64,000 nt of DNA from positions 128,001 through 192,000 of the forward strand of contig CAVYSY010000026.1 in the NCBI GenBank assembly GCA_963771175.1, given 5' to 3'. The position numbers were made by a program, and so were the translations under genes. The stretch's first letter is position 1; each line of letters begins with the position of its first letter. This DNA is from an uncultured delta proteobacterium (GTDB taxonomy: Bacteria > Myxococcota > Myxococcia > Myxococcales > Myxococcaceae). The notes beneath the pieces are model-generated. The model had not been told where the DNA came from. It saw only the letters and a list, made by a program, of their open reading frames with translations, and did no database searches. This document shows positions 43,224 to 54,303 of this stretch, piece by piece.

Positions 43224-45584
43224 GTGAGCACGTCGCGCCTCCATGCACTGGTGCTCGCGGCGGCCACCCTGGCGGCCTCCGGGCCCGCGCGAGCCGAGGA
43301 GAAGCCATCCCGCCCGTCCTCGCGCGAGCTGTCCGCGCGGCTGGACCAGGTGTCCGGACAGCTCAACGCGGCCGAGGAGAACCTCCGCTTCGTCGAGACG
43401 CAGTACATCGAGCGCCCCGAGCCCGGCGACGAGGAGGGCCTGCTACGGCGCTACTCCGACGGGGAGATTCAGTACCTGCTGGGCGATTGGGCCAACGCGT
43501 CGGTGCTCTTCTACGACCTGGTGAGCGACCCGAAGTTCCGCTCCCACGCGCGCTACCCGGACGCGCTCTTCTACCTGTCGGACTCGCTCTACCAGCAGCA
43601 GAACCACGTCGGCGCGCGGCTGTACCTGCGCGAGCTGCTCTCCCACTCCGACACGCGCCGCTACCGGGACGCGCTGGTGCGCTACCTGGAGATCGCCGGC
43701 CGGCTCAACCAGTTCACGGGACTGGACGAGTACATCGAGCGGGCGCGGCGCCTGTCGGGCGGGCAGATGCCGCCGGAGCTCGAGTACGTCTACGCCAAGT
43801 GGCTCTTCAAGCGGACGGATCTGCCCGACGCGGAGCGGCACGAGCGGGCCCGCGCGGCCTTCAAGCCGCTGGCCGCCACGGAAGGTGGGCGCTTCCAGAA
43901 GCAGAGCGCATACTTCCTCGGCGTGCTCTCCGTGCAGGAGGGCGACTACGCGGGCGCCGTGGAGCGGTTCCGTCCCCTCGCCTCCGACACGTCAACGGAG
44001 CCGGAGCTCAAACGGCTCAAGGAGCTCGCGAGCCTCTCCCTGGGGCGGCTGCTCTACGAGCTGGGGCGCTACGACGAGGCGCTCGACCGCTATACGGAGA
44101 TTCCGCGCGACAGCGACTCCTTCGTGGACTCGCTCTATGAGATTGCCTGGGTCCACGTGAAGAAGGGGGATCCCGAGAAGGCGAAGAACGCCACGGACAT
44201 CCTCCTGCTGGTGGCACCCGAGGCCCCCATCGCCCCCGACGCCCGCATCCTCCAGGGCCACCTGCAGCTCAAGCTGCGGCACTACGACGAGGCCACCGCC
44301 ACGTACGAGGAAGTCATCGGCACGTACAAGCCGGTGCGCGATCAGGTGGACGCGCTGCTGAAGGTGAACAAGGACCCCATCGCGTACTTCGACAACCTGC
44401 TGGCGCGCAACGAGCGCACCCTGGATGTCACCACGCTGCTGCCGCCGATGGCGCTGAAGTTCGCCACCACCCAGGAAGAGGTGGCGCAGGCGGTGGCGAT
44501 GGTGAAGGACATCGACACGAGTCGGCAGAGCGCGGACGAGTCGAAGGTCATCGCCACGCGCATCCTCCAGGCCCTGAACGAGCGAGGCCAGGAGGTCTTC
44601 CCCGAGTTGCAGGAGGGCTACCTGCGGGCGGAGTCGGTGGACAGCGCGCTCGCGCGGACGGAGCAGTGGCTGGTGCAGGTGGAGGCGGACGTGCTGAGGG
44701 AGCGGCTCACCCCCGAGGAGCGCACCGCCCTGGACGAGGTGCGCCGCGAAGCCGAGCCCCTGCGCATGCGCTTCGCCCGGCTGCCCACGAACCAGCAGGA
44801 GATGGATGCGCGGAAGGAGCGGATACAGGACCGGGTGGACGAGCTGGACCGCGATGCCTTCCGGCTGAGCTACGAGCTGCAGAGCATGACGGCCATCACC
44901 ACCGCGGTGCGCAAGTGGGTGGAGGACACGCGCTCGGAGCGCCAGAGCACTCCCGAGGAGGAGAAGGAGTTCTTCACCCAGCTCGGCAACGAGGAGCAGA
45001 CGGTGGTGGCGCTCCAGGCCGAGCTGCAGCAGCTCCGCTCGCGCCTGGCGGACGAGCGCGGCTCCGCCAACGCCTTCGTTTCCGGAGAGGACGTCATCCG
45101 CGCCCAGTACCGCGAGACGCTCCAGCGCGAGCACGCGCTGCTGGCCGCCGCCGAGGGCCGGCTGTCCGGGGACGACGCGGCGCTGGTGGGCCGCACCCAC
45201 GAGGCGCGCCAGCGAGCCGATGCCCTGCGCGCGCGGGTGGAGCTGTCCCGGCAGGTGCTGCGCGCCCAGGTGGAGCAGCGCGGCAAGCTCATCCGGGAGA
45301 AGGTGCTGGTCGAGCAGCAGCTCCTCCAGGGCTACCACCAGGAAGTGGCCGCCGTGGCCGGTGACGCGCGCAACCTGGTGGGCCGCATCGCCTTCGAGAG
45401 CTTCAAGAAGGTGCGCCAGCAGTTCTATGACTTCGTCCTCAAGGCGGACGTGGGACTGGTCGACGTGGCCTTCACCCGCAAGCAGGACAAGACGACGGAG
45501 ATCCAGAAGCTGTCCTCGCAGAAGGACCAGGAGCTGCACTCCCTGGAAGAGGAGTTCAAGGAAGTCCTCGAGGACACCCACTAG
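43224..45584 (+). CDS. Periplasmic TPR/coiled-coil protein (GltC-like position)
   Basis: Signal peptide ending ARA; TPRs; long coiled coils; first gene of the Glt-like cluster. Confidence 0.8.
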   Translation: MSTSRLHALVLAAATLAASGPARAEEKPSRPSSRELSARLDQVSGQLNAAEENLRFVETQYIERPEPGDEEGLLRRYSDGEIQYLLGDWANASVLFYDLVSDPKFRSHARYPDALFYLSDSLYQQQNHVGARLYLRELLSHSDTRRYRDALVRYLEIAGRLNQFTGLDEYIERARRLSGGQMPPELEYVYAKWLFKRTDLPDAERHERARAAFKPLAATEGGRFQKQSAYFLGVLSVQEGDYAGAVERFRPLASDTSTEPELKRLKELASLSLGRLLYELGRYDEALDRYTEIPRDSDSFVDSLYEIAWVHVKKGDPEKAKNATDILLLVAPEAPIAPDARILQGHLQLKLRHYDEATATYEEVIGTYKPVRDQVDALLKVNKDPIAYFDNLLARNERTLDVTTLLPPMALKFATTQEEVAQAVAMVKDIDTSRQSADESKVIATRILQALNERGQEVFPELQEGYLRAESVDSALARTEQWLVQVEADVLRERLTPEERTALDEVRREAEPLRMRFARLPTNQQEMDARKERIQDRVDELDRDAFRLSYELQSMTAITTAVRKWVEDTRSERQSTPEEEKEFFTQLGNEEQTVVALQAELQQLRSRLADERGSANAFVSGEDVIRAQYRETLQREHALLAAAEGRLSGDDAALVGRTHEARQRADALRARVELSRQVLRAQVEQRGKLIREKVLVEQQLLQGYHQEVAAVAGDARNLVGRIAFESFKKVRQQFYDFVLKADVGLVDVAFTRKQDKTTEIQKLSSQKDQELHSLEEEFKEVLEDTH

Positions 45585-48500
45585 ATGCGCCGCCCCCTCC
45601 TGCTCACCCTCCTGACGCTGGCCACCACGCGCGCCGCCGCGCAGGACGCGGCACGTCCGGAGTCGGTGGCCGAGGCCCCGGTACAGCAGGCGCGCTCGCG
45701 CTTCGCGGGCCTGGGTCGCACGCCCGAGCAGGAGAAGCTGCTGGAGGAGCTGAGCGAGGCCGTCCAGCGCTACGAGGAGGAGTCGCGCGAGTACAAGCGC
45801 TCGGTGCAGCGCCTCATCGAGAAGAAGTACCAGGAGCGGCGCGAGCGGCTGTCGGAGTCGTACGAGAAGGCCATCTCCACCCTGGAGGCCCAGGAGCGCC
45901 AGGAACGCCAGGACGCCATCGCGCGTTTCGAGGAGTTCCTCCGGCGCTACCCCGACGAGCCGCGCTACTCGCCGGACGTGATGTTCCGCCTGGCGGAGCT
46001 GTACTACGAGCGCTCCAGCGATGCGCACCTGGAGGCCATGCGCGGGTTCGAGGAGAAGCTGCGCACCCTCCCCGAGAGCGCCGAGCCCCCTCCCGAGCCA
46101 CAGCCGGACTTCAACCCGTCCATCGCGCTCTACCGGAAGCTCCTCGAGCGCTTCCCGGAGTACCGGCTCAACGACGGCGCGTACTACCTGCTCGGCTACT
46201 GCCTGGAGAAGCAGAACGCCTTCGAGGAGAGCCGCGCCACCTACCAGCGGCTCATCGCGCGCTACCCCACCAGCCGCTTCACCACCGAGGCGTGGGTCCG
46301 TATCGGCGAGTACTACTTCGACGCCTACGACGAGCCGGATGCGCTCGCCAAGGCGGCCGAGGCCTACGAGGCGGCCGTGCGCGACACCTCGCACCCGCTC
46401 TACGACAAGGCGCTCTACAAGCTGGGTTGGACGTACTACCGCATGGACCGCTACGACGAGGCGGTCGCTCGCTTCGTCGCGCTGATGGACGTCTACGAGG
46501 CCCAGCGCGTCGCCAGGGGCGACGAGGCCGGCGGCGGCGACCTGCGCACGGAAGCACTCCAGTACACGGCCATCTCCTTCACCGACGAGACGTGGGGCGG
46601 CCTCGACAAGGTCCAGGCATTCTTCGCGAGGATCGGCCCCCGTCCCTACGAGGCCGAGGTGTACCGGCGCGTGGGTGACGTCTTCTTCGACCAGACCCAG
46701 CACGAGGCGGCCATCGCGGCCTACCGGCTGGTGCTGCGGAAGGACCCGCTCGCCCCGGACGCGCCCCAGATTCAACAGAAGATCGTCCAGGCGTACGAGC
46801 GTGACCGCAAGCTGACGGAGTCCTCCTCCGAGTCCCAGAAGCTCTCCGAGCTCTACTCGCCCGGCTCCCAGTGGTACCAGCAGCACCAGAACGATCCGGA
46901 CGCGCTCGCCACCGCCAACGACCTGACCGAGAAGAGCCTCTACTCCAGCGCCATCTACCACCACCAGCAGGCGCTCGTGTTCAAGCAGGAGGGCCGGTTC
47001 GACCAGGCCAAATCGAGCTTCGAGCTGGCCGCCACCTCCTACGGCAAGTACCTGGAGCGCTTCCCGCGCAGCAAGAACGCCTACGAGATGGAGTTCTATT
47101 ACGCGGAGTGCCTCTACAACTCGCTGCAGTTCGGCGCGGCGGCGAAGCACTACGAGGTGGTGCGCGACTCGACCCTGGGCGACAAGTACTTCGCCGAGTC
47201 GGCCTTCAGCGCGGTGCTCGCCTGGCAGAAGCAGCTCGAGGCGGAGCTCAAGGCGGGCACCCTCCCCCCGCGCTCCCCGCTGCGCTCCACCGAGCGCCCC
47301 GAGGGCCAGAAGGTCCAGCCCTCCCCGCTCTCCGAGCTGGAGACGAAGCTGGTGGCCGCCTCGGACCTCCACGTGGCGAAGTTCCCGAAGAGCGAGCGCT
47401 CGCCCGGCATCGCCTACAAGGCGGCGGAGCTGTACTACGCCCACGACGACTTCCCCGAGGCCCGCAAGCGCTTCGAGGCCATCGTGAAGGCGTACCCCCA
47501 GAACGAGGTGGCCCGCTTCTCCACCAACCTCATCGTCGAGACCTTCCTCATCGACCAGGACTGGAAGAGCGTCGAGGACGTCAGCGGCACCCTCGCCGCC
47601 AACAAGGAGGTCATCGACCCCAACAGCGACCTCCACAAGGACCTGGTCCGCTTCAAGCTCGCCGGCCGCTTCAAGCTCGCCGACCAGCTCCTCGCCGAGG
47701 GCAAGTACGACGAGGCCGCCACCAAGTACATCGAGCTCGTCAACGAGGCTCCTCGCCACGAGTTCGCCGACAAGGCCCTCAACAACGCCGCCGTCGCCTA
47801 CGAGAAGACGCGCCGCTTCGACTCGGCCCTCAAGCTCTACGAGCGCATCTACCGCGAGTACCCCTCCTCGCCCCTGGCCGACGGAGCCCTCTTCCGCGTG
47901 GCCGTCAACGCGGAGAACTCGTACGACTTCGACCGGGCGGTGGTGAGCTACCAGAAGCTCGTGAAGGACTACCCCGCCTCGAAGGACCGCGAGGCCGCCC
48001 TCTTCAACGCCGCGCGCCTGCTCGAGGGCCAGCAGCGCTACGCCGAGGCCGCCTCCGCCTTCCAGCGCTACGCCGACCTCTTCCCCAACGCCGAGGACGC
48101 GCCGCGCAACCAGTTCCGCGCCGCCCTCATCCTCGAGAAGCGCGAGGACTGGAAGGGGGAGATCCGCGCCCTGGAGGCCTTCGTCCGCAAGTTCGCCGCC
48201 CAGCCCGCCCAGGCGGAACTGGTGGTGGACGCCAAGCGCCGCATCGGCGACGCGTGGCGGAAGCTCGGCAACGAGCGCTCCGCGCTCCAGTCCTACGAGG
48301 CCTCCGCCAGCGAGTTCGACCGCCGCAAGCTCCAGCCGGACACCCAGCCGATCGCCGCGGACGCCGCCGCCTACAGCCGCTTCCAGCTCGCCGAGGTCGA
48401 GTTCCGCAAGTTCGACAAGCTGAAGATTGGCGGCAAGGGCAAGGCGCTGGAGCGCAGCTTCACCACCAAGCGCTCCGCGGTGAAGTCCGTCAACGACGCC

Positions 48501-48884
48501 TATGCCCGCGTCTTTACCTACAAGCGGCTGGAGTGGACGCTGGCCGCGCTCTACCGCCGCGGCCATGCCCTGGAGCGCTTCGCCAACACCATCATCGAAA
48601 CCCCCATCCCCCCGGATGTGAAGCGGCTCGGTGAGGAGGGGATCGTGGCCTACCAGGACCTGCTCGCCCAGCAGACCGCGACGCTCGAGGACGCGGCCGT
48701 GGAGAGCTACGCCGCCACCCTCCAGGAGGCGCGCAAGAACCACATCACCAACGAGTGGACCCGCCGCACGCTCGAGTCGCTCCACCGCTTCCGGCCCAAG
48801 GAGTACCCGGTGCTCAAGGAGCCGAAGGACGCCATCGCCTCGGACCAGCTCTACCCCGAGGGCATCCTGGGAGATGGGACATGA
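45585..48884 (+). CDS. Large periplasmic TPR protein (GltD/AgmU paralogue)
   Basis: Signal peptide; FRLAELYYE, YLLGYC, W.RIGEYYFD, YKLGWTYY; C-terminus NEW....L....P.EYP. Confidence 0.8.
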   Translation: MRRPLLLTLLTLATTRAAAQDAARPESVAEAPVQQARSRFAGLGRTPEQEKLLEELSEAVQRYEEESREYKRSVQRLIEKKYQERRERLSESYEKAISTLEAQERQERQDAIARFEEFLRRYPDEPRYSPDVMFRLAELYYERSSDAHLEAMRGFEEKLRTLPESAEPPPEPQPDFNPSIALYRKLLERFPEYRLNDGAYYLLGYCLEKQNAFEESRATYQRLIARYPTSRFTTEAWVRIGEYYFDAYDEPDALAKAAEAYEAAVRDTSHPLYDKALYKLGWTYYRMDRYDEAVARFVALMDVYEAQRVARGDEAGGGDLRTEALQYTAISFTDETWGGLDKVQAFFARIGPRPYEAEVYRRVGDVFFDQTQHEAAIAAYRLVLRKDPLAPDAPQIQQKIVQAYERDRKLTESSSESQKLSELYSPGSQWYQQHQNDPDALATANDLTEKSLYSSAIYHHQQALVFKQEGRFDQAKSSFELAATSYGKYLERFPRSKNAYEMEFYYAECLYNSLQFGAAAKHYEVVRDSTLGDKYFAESAFSAVLAWQKQLEAELKAGTLPPRSPLRSTERPEGQKVQPSPLSELETKLVAASDLHVAKFPKSERSPGIAYKAAELYYAHDDFPEARKRFEAIVKAYPQNEVARFSTNLIVETFLIDQDWKSVEDVSGTLAANKEVIDPNSDLHKDLVRFKLAGRFKLADQLLAEGKYDEAATKYIELVNEAPRHEFADKALNNAAVAYEKTRRFDSALKLYERIYREYPSSPLADGALFRVAVNAENSYDFDRAVVSYQKLVKDYPASKDREAALFNAARLLEGQQRYAEAASAFQRYADLFPNAEDAPRNQFRAALILEKREDWKGEIRALEAFVRKFAAQPAQAELVVDAKRRIGDAWRKLGNERSALQSYEASASEFDRRKLQPDTQPIAADAAAYSRFQLAEVEFRKFDKLKIGGKGKALERSFTTKRSAVKSVNDAYARVFTYKRLEWTLAALYRRGHALERFANTIIETPIPPDVKRLGEEGIVAYQDLLAQQTATLEDAAVESYAATLQEARKNHITNEWTRRTLESLHRFRPKEYPVLKEPKDAIASDQLYPEGILGDGT

Positions 48885-50131
48885 GCCCGCGCCGACTGCT
48901 CGCCCCGGGCCTCCTGCTGCTCGCCTCGGCCTGCGCCACCACGCCCAAGGCGGGCCCGGAGACCCCAACCCCCACCGCCGCCGCCATCTCCTCCGCCACT
49001 CCGAGCGGTGACGCCGGGAAGGCCGCCGACCCGCAGCAACAGGCCACCAAGGCCGCCGAGAAGACCACCGCAGCCCCGAGCGGGAAGGACGACACCGAGT
49101 GGACGAACCTCGGCATCGCCCAGGAGCGCCTCGGCAAGAATGACGAGGCCGAGCGCGCCTACCGCCAGGCCCTGGAGCTGAAGCCCGAGCAGCAGGCCGC
49201 CTGGGACAACCTCACCCGCCTCCAGTGCCGCACCGGCCGCGCCGCCCAGGCCGAGGCCCAACTTCGCGAGCGGCTCCAGGCCAACGCCGAGGCCCTCGCC
49301 CCACGCACCGCGCTCGTGCTGGCGCTGCTGTGCCAGAAGAAGTTCGACGCGGCCGCCATCGAGGCCAAGCGCGTCCTCAAGGCGGACGAGCGCAACGTGC
49401 GGGCCATGCAGCTCCTCGCCCAGGTGTACTACCGCGAGCGCAAGTTCGAGCTGGCCAAGATGGTGCTGGAGAACGCCCGCGCCATCGCCCCCAACGAGCC
49501 CGCCACGCACAACGCCCTGGGGCTGGTGCAGCTCGCGCTCGGGACGAAGCCCGCCGCCCTGGAGTCCTTCAAGAAGGCCTCGGAGCTGAAGCCGGACTTC
49601 GCCGAGGCACGCAACAACTTCGGTGCCCTGCTCAACGAGGCCCAGGACTACCCCGCCGCCCTCCGCGAGCTGGAGGCCGCCGTGCAAGCCGCTCCGGACT
49701 TCGTCTCCGCCCGGCTCAACCTCGGCAACGCCTACCGCGGCCAGGGGGACTTCGCCCGCGCCCTCAACGAGTACCAGCAGGTGCTGCGCCTCGCCCCAAG
49801 CCTGCCGGACACCTACTTCAACCTCGCCATCCTCCACCTCGACGCCGAGCCCCAGGACCTGGACACCCTCGTCCGGCTCCAGTCCTCCCTCTCCTTCTTC
49901 GAGCAGTACCGCTCCAAGGGTGGCCGCGACGAGCGCGTGGACGACTACGTCAAGGACGCCAAAAAGGGCATCGAGAAGGAGGAGCGGCGGCGCGAGCGCG
50001 AGAAGCGGGAGCAGCTCCGCAAGTCCCAGAAGGCCGAGGAGGAGCAGAATCCTACATCTGCCTCCAAGGAAGGCGCGCCCCCTGCCCGCCCGGTCTCCGG
50101 CTCGGATAAAGTCGCCTCGGACAAGAAGTGA
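48881..50131 (+). CDS. TPR lipoprotein (GltE/AglT paralogue)
   Basis: Lipobox ASAC; TPRs (HNALGLV, ARNNFG, LNLGNAY). Confidence 0.8.
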   Translation: MSPRRLLAPGLLLLASACATTPKAGPETPTPTAAAISSATPSGDAGKAADPQQQATKAAEKTTAAPSGKDDTEWTNLGIAQERLGKNDEAERAYRQALELKPEQQAAWDNLTRLQCRTGRAAQAEAQLRERLQANAEALAPRTALVLALLCQKKFDAAAIEAKRVLKADERNVRAMQLLAQVYYRERKFELAKMVLENARAIAPNEPATHNALGLVQLALGTKPAALESFKKASELKPDFAEARNNFGALLNEAQDYPAALRELEAAVQAAPDFVSARLNLGNAYRGQGDFARALNEYQQVLRLAPSLPDTYFNLAILHLDAEPQDLDTLVRLQSSLSFFEQYRSKGGRDERVDDYVKDAKKGIEKEERRREREKREQLRKSQKAEEEQNPTSASKEGAPPARPVSGSDKVASDKK

Positions 50132-50421
50132 GCCTGCCCATGCGCCCTGCCCTCGCCCTCGCCCTCGTGCTCCTGCTCGCCGCCGCGCCCGTGCTCGCGG
50201 AGGATGGCGCCACGTCCTCCACCCCGGCCACGGCCAAGGACAAGGAGCCCGCCAAGAAGAAGAAGGTCATCCGCCTGGATGCCATCACCGTCGAGGGGCG
50301 CATCCAGAAGCCGCAGGCCTTCTACATCCTCCAGCGCTCCAACCTGGACTTCGACGAAATCAACAAGGCCGAGAGCTTCGTGCCCAAGGTCGTCAAGAGC
50401 GTGGAGAAGGAACCTTTCTAG
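50128..50421 (+). CDS. Small secreted GltF/CglF-like protein
   Basis: Signal peptide; I.LD.ITVEG.IQKP..SF..KV..SV pattern. Confidence 0.7.
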   Translation: MSLPMRPALALALVLLLAAAPVLAEDGATSSTPATAKDKEPAKKKKVIRLDAITVEGRIQKPQAFYILQRSNLDFDEINKAESFVPKVVKSVEKEPF

Positions 50422-50447
50422 AGTAGGAAGGGTCCTAGAGACGAGAC

Positions 50448-51809
50448 ATGGCTTCCACCCAGCAGAGCCGAATCCTCCGCGTCGGCCTCCTCCACCAGGA
50501 CGGACGCATCATCGAGGAGCGCCACCTGCGCCGGCCCGGGGATTTCACCGTCGGCCGCGACGCGAAGAGCACCCTCGTGCTGCCGCTGTCGGAGGACATG
50601 CCGGCCAGCTTCACCGTCTTCGAGTACCGGGCCAACCAGTACAACCTCGTCTTCAACGAGGGCATGAAGGGCCGCGTCCACCTCGGCTCCTCGGACGTGG
50701 ATTTCGACGCCCTGCGCGCCGATGGCATGGCCATGCAGCGCGGCGACCAGTATGTGCTGCCCCTGCAGGAGAGCGCCCGCGGGCTGGTGGAGCTCGACGA
50801 CGACCTGCGCCTGTTCTTCCAGTTCGTCCCCCTCCCGCCCAAGTCCGAGAAGCCGCGGCTCCCGCCGGACCTCCAGGGCGGCCTGTGGCGGACCATGGAT
50901 CGGGTCTTCTTCGGCATCCTGGCCGCCTCGCTGCTGCTCCACTTCTCCGGCGCGGCGCTCATCATCGCCTCCGATCCTCCGCCCGAGCCCGAGCTGTCCC
51001 TCGACGAGCTGCCGGACCGCTTCGCCCGGGTGCTCATGCCCCCGAAGCCCGAGGAGCCCAAGCCGCAGGCCGCCGAGAAGGCCCAGGCCGCCGCGGCCAC
51101 CGAGGAGAAGCCCAAGTCGAATGACGCGGAGGACAAGCCCGCCGAGGCCACCAAGCCCGCCAACGCCCAGGAGGCGGCCGCCCGGCGCGCCGAGGTGGTG
51201 AAGAAGGTGGAGGGCAAGGGACTCCTGAAGATCCTCGGCTCCTCGGGCAGCGGCGGCGGGGGCGCGTTCGCGGACGTGCTCGGCGGCAGCACCGGGGGCG
51301 GGGAGATCGCGGCGGCGCTGGCCGGCGCGGGCGGCGTGGGCATCGCCACCGAGGCCTCGGTGGGCGCCAACGGCCCGCGAGGCGGCGGCACCGGCAAGGT
51401 GGCCGGCATCGGCGAGCTGGGCACCAGCGGCGCCGGCAAGGTGGACCTGGGCTCCTCCAAGAAGGAGGTCGAGGTCTCCGGTCGCGTCACCAGCTCCACC
51501 CCCGAGGTGGAGAGCTCGGACGTGGACCGCGAGGCGCTCGCCCGCTACGTCAAGGCGCGCCTCAAGGCCATCCAGAACTGCTACGAGAAGGAGCTCAAGC
51601 GCAACCCGAGCCTCAAGGGCAAGGTGATGGTGCGCTTCAACATCCTGCCCTCCGGTCGCACCGGAGACATCGAAATCGAGGAAAACACCCTGGGCAACGA
51701 CGCGGTGGGGAGCTGCATCCGCACCGTCATCCGGAGCTGGGTGTTTCCCTTCAAACCAGACGACGAAGTCCCGGTGGCATACCCGTTCGTGTTCTCGCCA
51801 GCGGGGTAG
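50448..51809 (+). CDS. GltG/PglI-like membrane protein with C-terminal AgmX/PglI (TonB-C-like) domain
   Basis: Cytoplasmic N-domain, TM SLLLHFSG, Pro/Gly-rich linker, IQNCYEKEL..P.L.GKV.VRF.I..C..V.YPFVF. Confidence 0.82.
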   Translation: MASTQQSRILRVGLLHQDGRIIEERHLRRPGDFTVGRDAKSTLVLPLSEDMPASFTVFEYRANQYNLVFNEGMKGRVHLGSSDVDFDALRADGMAMQRGDQYVLPLQESARGLVELDDDLRLFFQFVPLPPKSEKPRLPPDLQGGLWRTMDRVFFGILAASLLLHFSGAALIIASDPPPEPELSLDELPDRFARVLMPPKPEEPKPQAAEKAQAAAATEEKPKSNDAEDKPAEATKPANAQEAAARRAEVVKKVEGKGLLKILGSSGSGGGGAFADVLGGSTGGGEIAAALAGAGGVGIATEASVGANGPRGGGTGKVAGIGELGTSGAGKVDLGSSKKEVEVSGRVTSSTPEVESSDVDREALARYVKARLKAIQNCYEKELKRNPSLKGKVMVRFNILPSGRTGDIEIEENTLGNDAVGSCIRTVIRSWVFPFKPDDEVPVAYPFVFSPAG

Positions 51810-51846
51810 AATCGGGCCAGCAATCCGCATCCCGGGGGTCGGGGAC

Positions 51847-52296
51847 ATGGAGAAGCTGGCCGTCATTTCGTCGTCACCGCTGTTCGAGATGCTCTCCAGC
51901 ACGGAGCTGGCGCACCTGGCCGAGCTGGCCGAGCAGCGGCGTCATCCCTCCGGGGATGTCGTCTTCGAGGAGGGAGAGCTGGGCGACAGTCTCTACGTCA
52001 TCGTCCGCGGGGAGGTGGAGGTGACGCGGCGCGACGGAGGCGGCGTGCCCCGGGCCCTCACGGTGCTCACCGCCCCGGACTTCTTCGGGGAGATGAGCCT
52101 CATCGACAAGGAGTACCGCTCCGCCACGGTGCGGGCGCGCTCGGAGACGGTGCTGCTGCGGCTCACCACCCAACACCTGGCCACCTTCCGCCAGGCGCAC
52201 CGCGACGGCTTCACCTTCGTCGTCATCAACATCGCGCGCATCCTCTCGGCGCGGGTGCGCGAGGCCAATGCCCGGCTCGCGGCCAGGCAGGCCTGA
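51847..52296 (+). CDS. Cyclic-nucleotide-binding domain protein
   Basis: VFEEGELGDSLYVI.RGEV..FFGEMSL..RSATVRA. Confidence 0.9.
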   Translation: MEKLAVISSSPLFEMLSSTELAHLAELAEQRRHPSGDVVFEEGELGDSLYVIVRGEVEVTRRDGGGVPRALTVLTAPDFFGEMSLIDKEYRSATVRARSETVLLRLTTQHLATFRQAHRDGFTFVVINIARILSARVREANARLAARQA

Positions 52297-52344
52297 GCAC
52301 CCCCCACGTTGACACCCCCTCCCCTCCTCTCTAGCGTCCAGGCC

Positions 52345-52926
52345 ATGCGCCTCGGCCCCCGAGCACAACACATGCGCTACATCGGAATGCTGGCGGTGCT
52401 ACTCACGAGCGGACTCGCCCTGGCCCAGCCTGCCCCGCGTCCAGCCCCCATCGCCTCGCCCTTCCTGGAGAAGGCCAGCGACGTGCCGGACGCGCAGAAG
52501 CTCGAGCGCGGCACCAAGGCCCTCGCCTCCATGCGCGAGGTGCTCCGGGACGTGCTGGGCAAGCTGGAGGAGGCCCGGCGCGCCAAGGACGTGGTGAAGC
52601 TCAACTGCGTCAACGAGAAGCTCACTCAAATCAAGGGCTTGCTGCGCATCTCCGAGCAGGCGGACATCGCGCTCCAGGAGGCCGTGGCCCGCCGCGAGTC
52701 CACCTCCAGCGAGCACGAGTACACCAAGCTGGTGATCGCCCAACAGAAGGTGTCCCAGCTTCGCAGCGAGGCCGAGGCCTGCATCGGGCAGCTCGCCTTC
52801 CGCACGGACGAGAACCTTTCGGTGGAGGTGGAGGAGCCCAAGAACCTTCCCGGTGGGGACCCCACCCAGCCCCAGCCCGTCGAGACCATCACCATCCGCC
52901 CCCCTCCTTCCAGCGCCGTCCGGTGA
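52345..52926 (+). CDS. Secreted helical hypothetical protein
   Basis: Signal peptide ending ALA; KDVVKLNCVNEKL..EAEACIG Cys pair. Confidence 0.75.
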   Translation: MRLGPRAQHMRYIGMLAVLLTSGLALAQPAPRPAPIASPFLEKASDVPDAQKLERGTKALASMREVLRDVLGKLEEARRAKDVVKLNCVNEKLTQIKGLLRISEQADIALQEAVARRESTSSEHEYTKLVIAQQKVSQLRSEAEACIGQLAFRTDENLSVEVEEPKNLPGGDPTQPQPVETITIRPPPSSAVR

Positions 52927-53046
52927 CGCCTCCCAGACACCTCACCTGTCTTACAAGCGACCCCTGTAGCCGCCAGTCCAGGGAAGTCTTTCGAGCACAC
53001 CCGATGTGCGTGGTATGAGCCCAGGGCTGGGGTCCTCAACCGATTC

Positions 53047-54293
53047 ATGACGCAGCCCGCCCACAAGTGGAAGGCCTGGTGCCTGCTGGCCATGGCAGCG
53101 TTGTGGCCCGCGCTCGGGCACGCCCAACAGGTGGGCGGCAACGGCCTCAAGATCGGTGAGGGCAGGCTGCACCCCACCTTCGACTTCGAGACGCGCATCG
53201 ACAGCGCGGCTGGCTACTTCCCGCCCCCGGGCAGCACGGACGGCAACACGGTGTCCGACCAGCTCTCCGGAGAGGCCGTGCTGCACTTCCGGCCCGGACT
53301 GGGACTGGATCTGCCCGGCTCCAAGGTCGCCGTGAATCTGCGGGGTTACGCCGACTATGTCCACTACACCGGCCTGCTGACGCCCGGCTCCAGCAACACC
53401 TCGCACCTGGAGGGGCTGGCGGACTTGACCGTCCACTTCAACCGGGAAGCGCCCGTGTCGGTGGTGGTGGCGGACCATTTCGAGCGCTCGGATCGCACGC
53501 GCAGCGTGGCGCTCGGCGCGGGCGTGCTGTCGCTCTACAACGAGGCGCGACTGAGCATGCCGCTGCGGCCCGGCGGTGGCGCCATCTCGGTGACGCCCCA
53601 GGTGGCATGGGGCCTCGAGCGCTTCAAGTCTCTCGCGGCCCTGTTCCCGGTAGGCTGCGACACGCCGGTGTGCGACCCCGCCGCGGTGGACCAGTTCGAC
53701 TACAGCAACCTTCGGGCGAGCCTGGAGGGCCGCTGGCGCTTCCTGCCCAAGACGGCGGTGGTGGTGGACGCCCAGTTCAACTACCGCACCTACGCCCGGG
53801 ACAGCACCCCGGAGGCCCTGCTGCTGCACACCAGAGCGGGGCTGGCGGGACTGGTGTCCCCGAGGATCTCCGTGACGGCCCTGGTGGGCTGGGGCCAGGA
53901 CTTCGGCGCGGCCGGGGCGGTGCCCTCCTCGCCCAGCTCGAGGGCGCCTACCAGCTGAGCCAGACGGCCAGCGTGAAGTTCGGCTATGCACGCACCCTGG
54001 AGCCCGTGGCCGCCTTCGGCCTGTTCCGAGATGATCGCGGCTACCTGGAGGCGCAGGCCCTGCTCGGCGGCCGACTCACCGTGAGGGGCATGACCGGCGT
54101 CAACCACCTGAGCTTCCAGGGGACCCGGCGCGACAACCTCTTCGAGTTGGATCTGGGACCCCAGTACCAGTTCAAGCGCTGGCTCATTGGAGGGACCGGC
54201 TACCTGTTGGGGTGGCGGTCGTCCAACGAATCCGGTGCCGGCATCAACTACGTCCGGCACGAAGGGTATGTTCGGATGACCGTGACGTACTGA
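53047..54293 (+). CDS. Outer-membrane beta-barrel (Wzp/EpsX-type polysaccharide export porin candidate), frameshift near 53920
   Basis: Signal peptide; alternating aromatic strands; C-terminus [10 protein letters not shown] in the 53607 frame; directly precedes an OPX gene. Confidence 0.7.
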
Positions 54294-54303
54294 GACAGCC
54301 ACT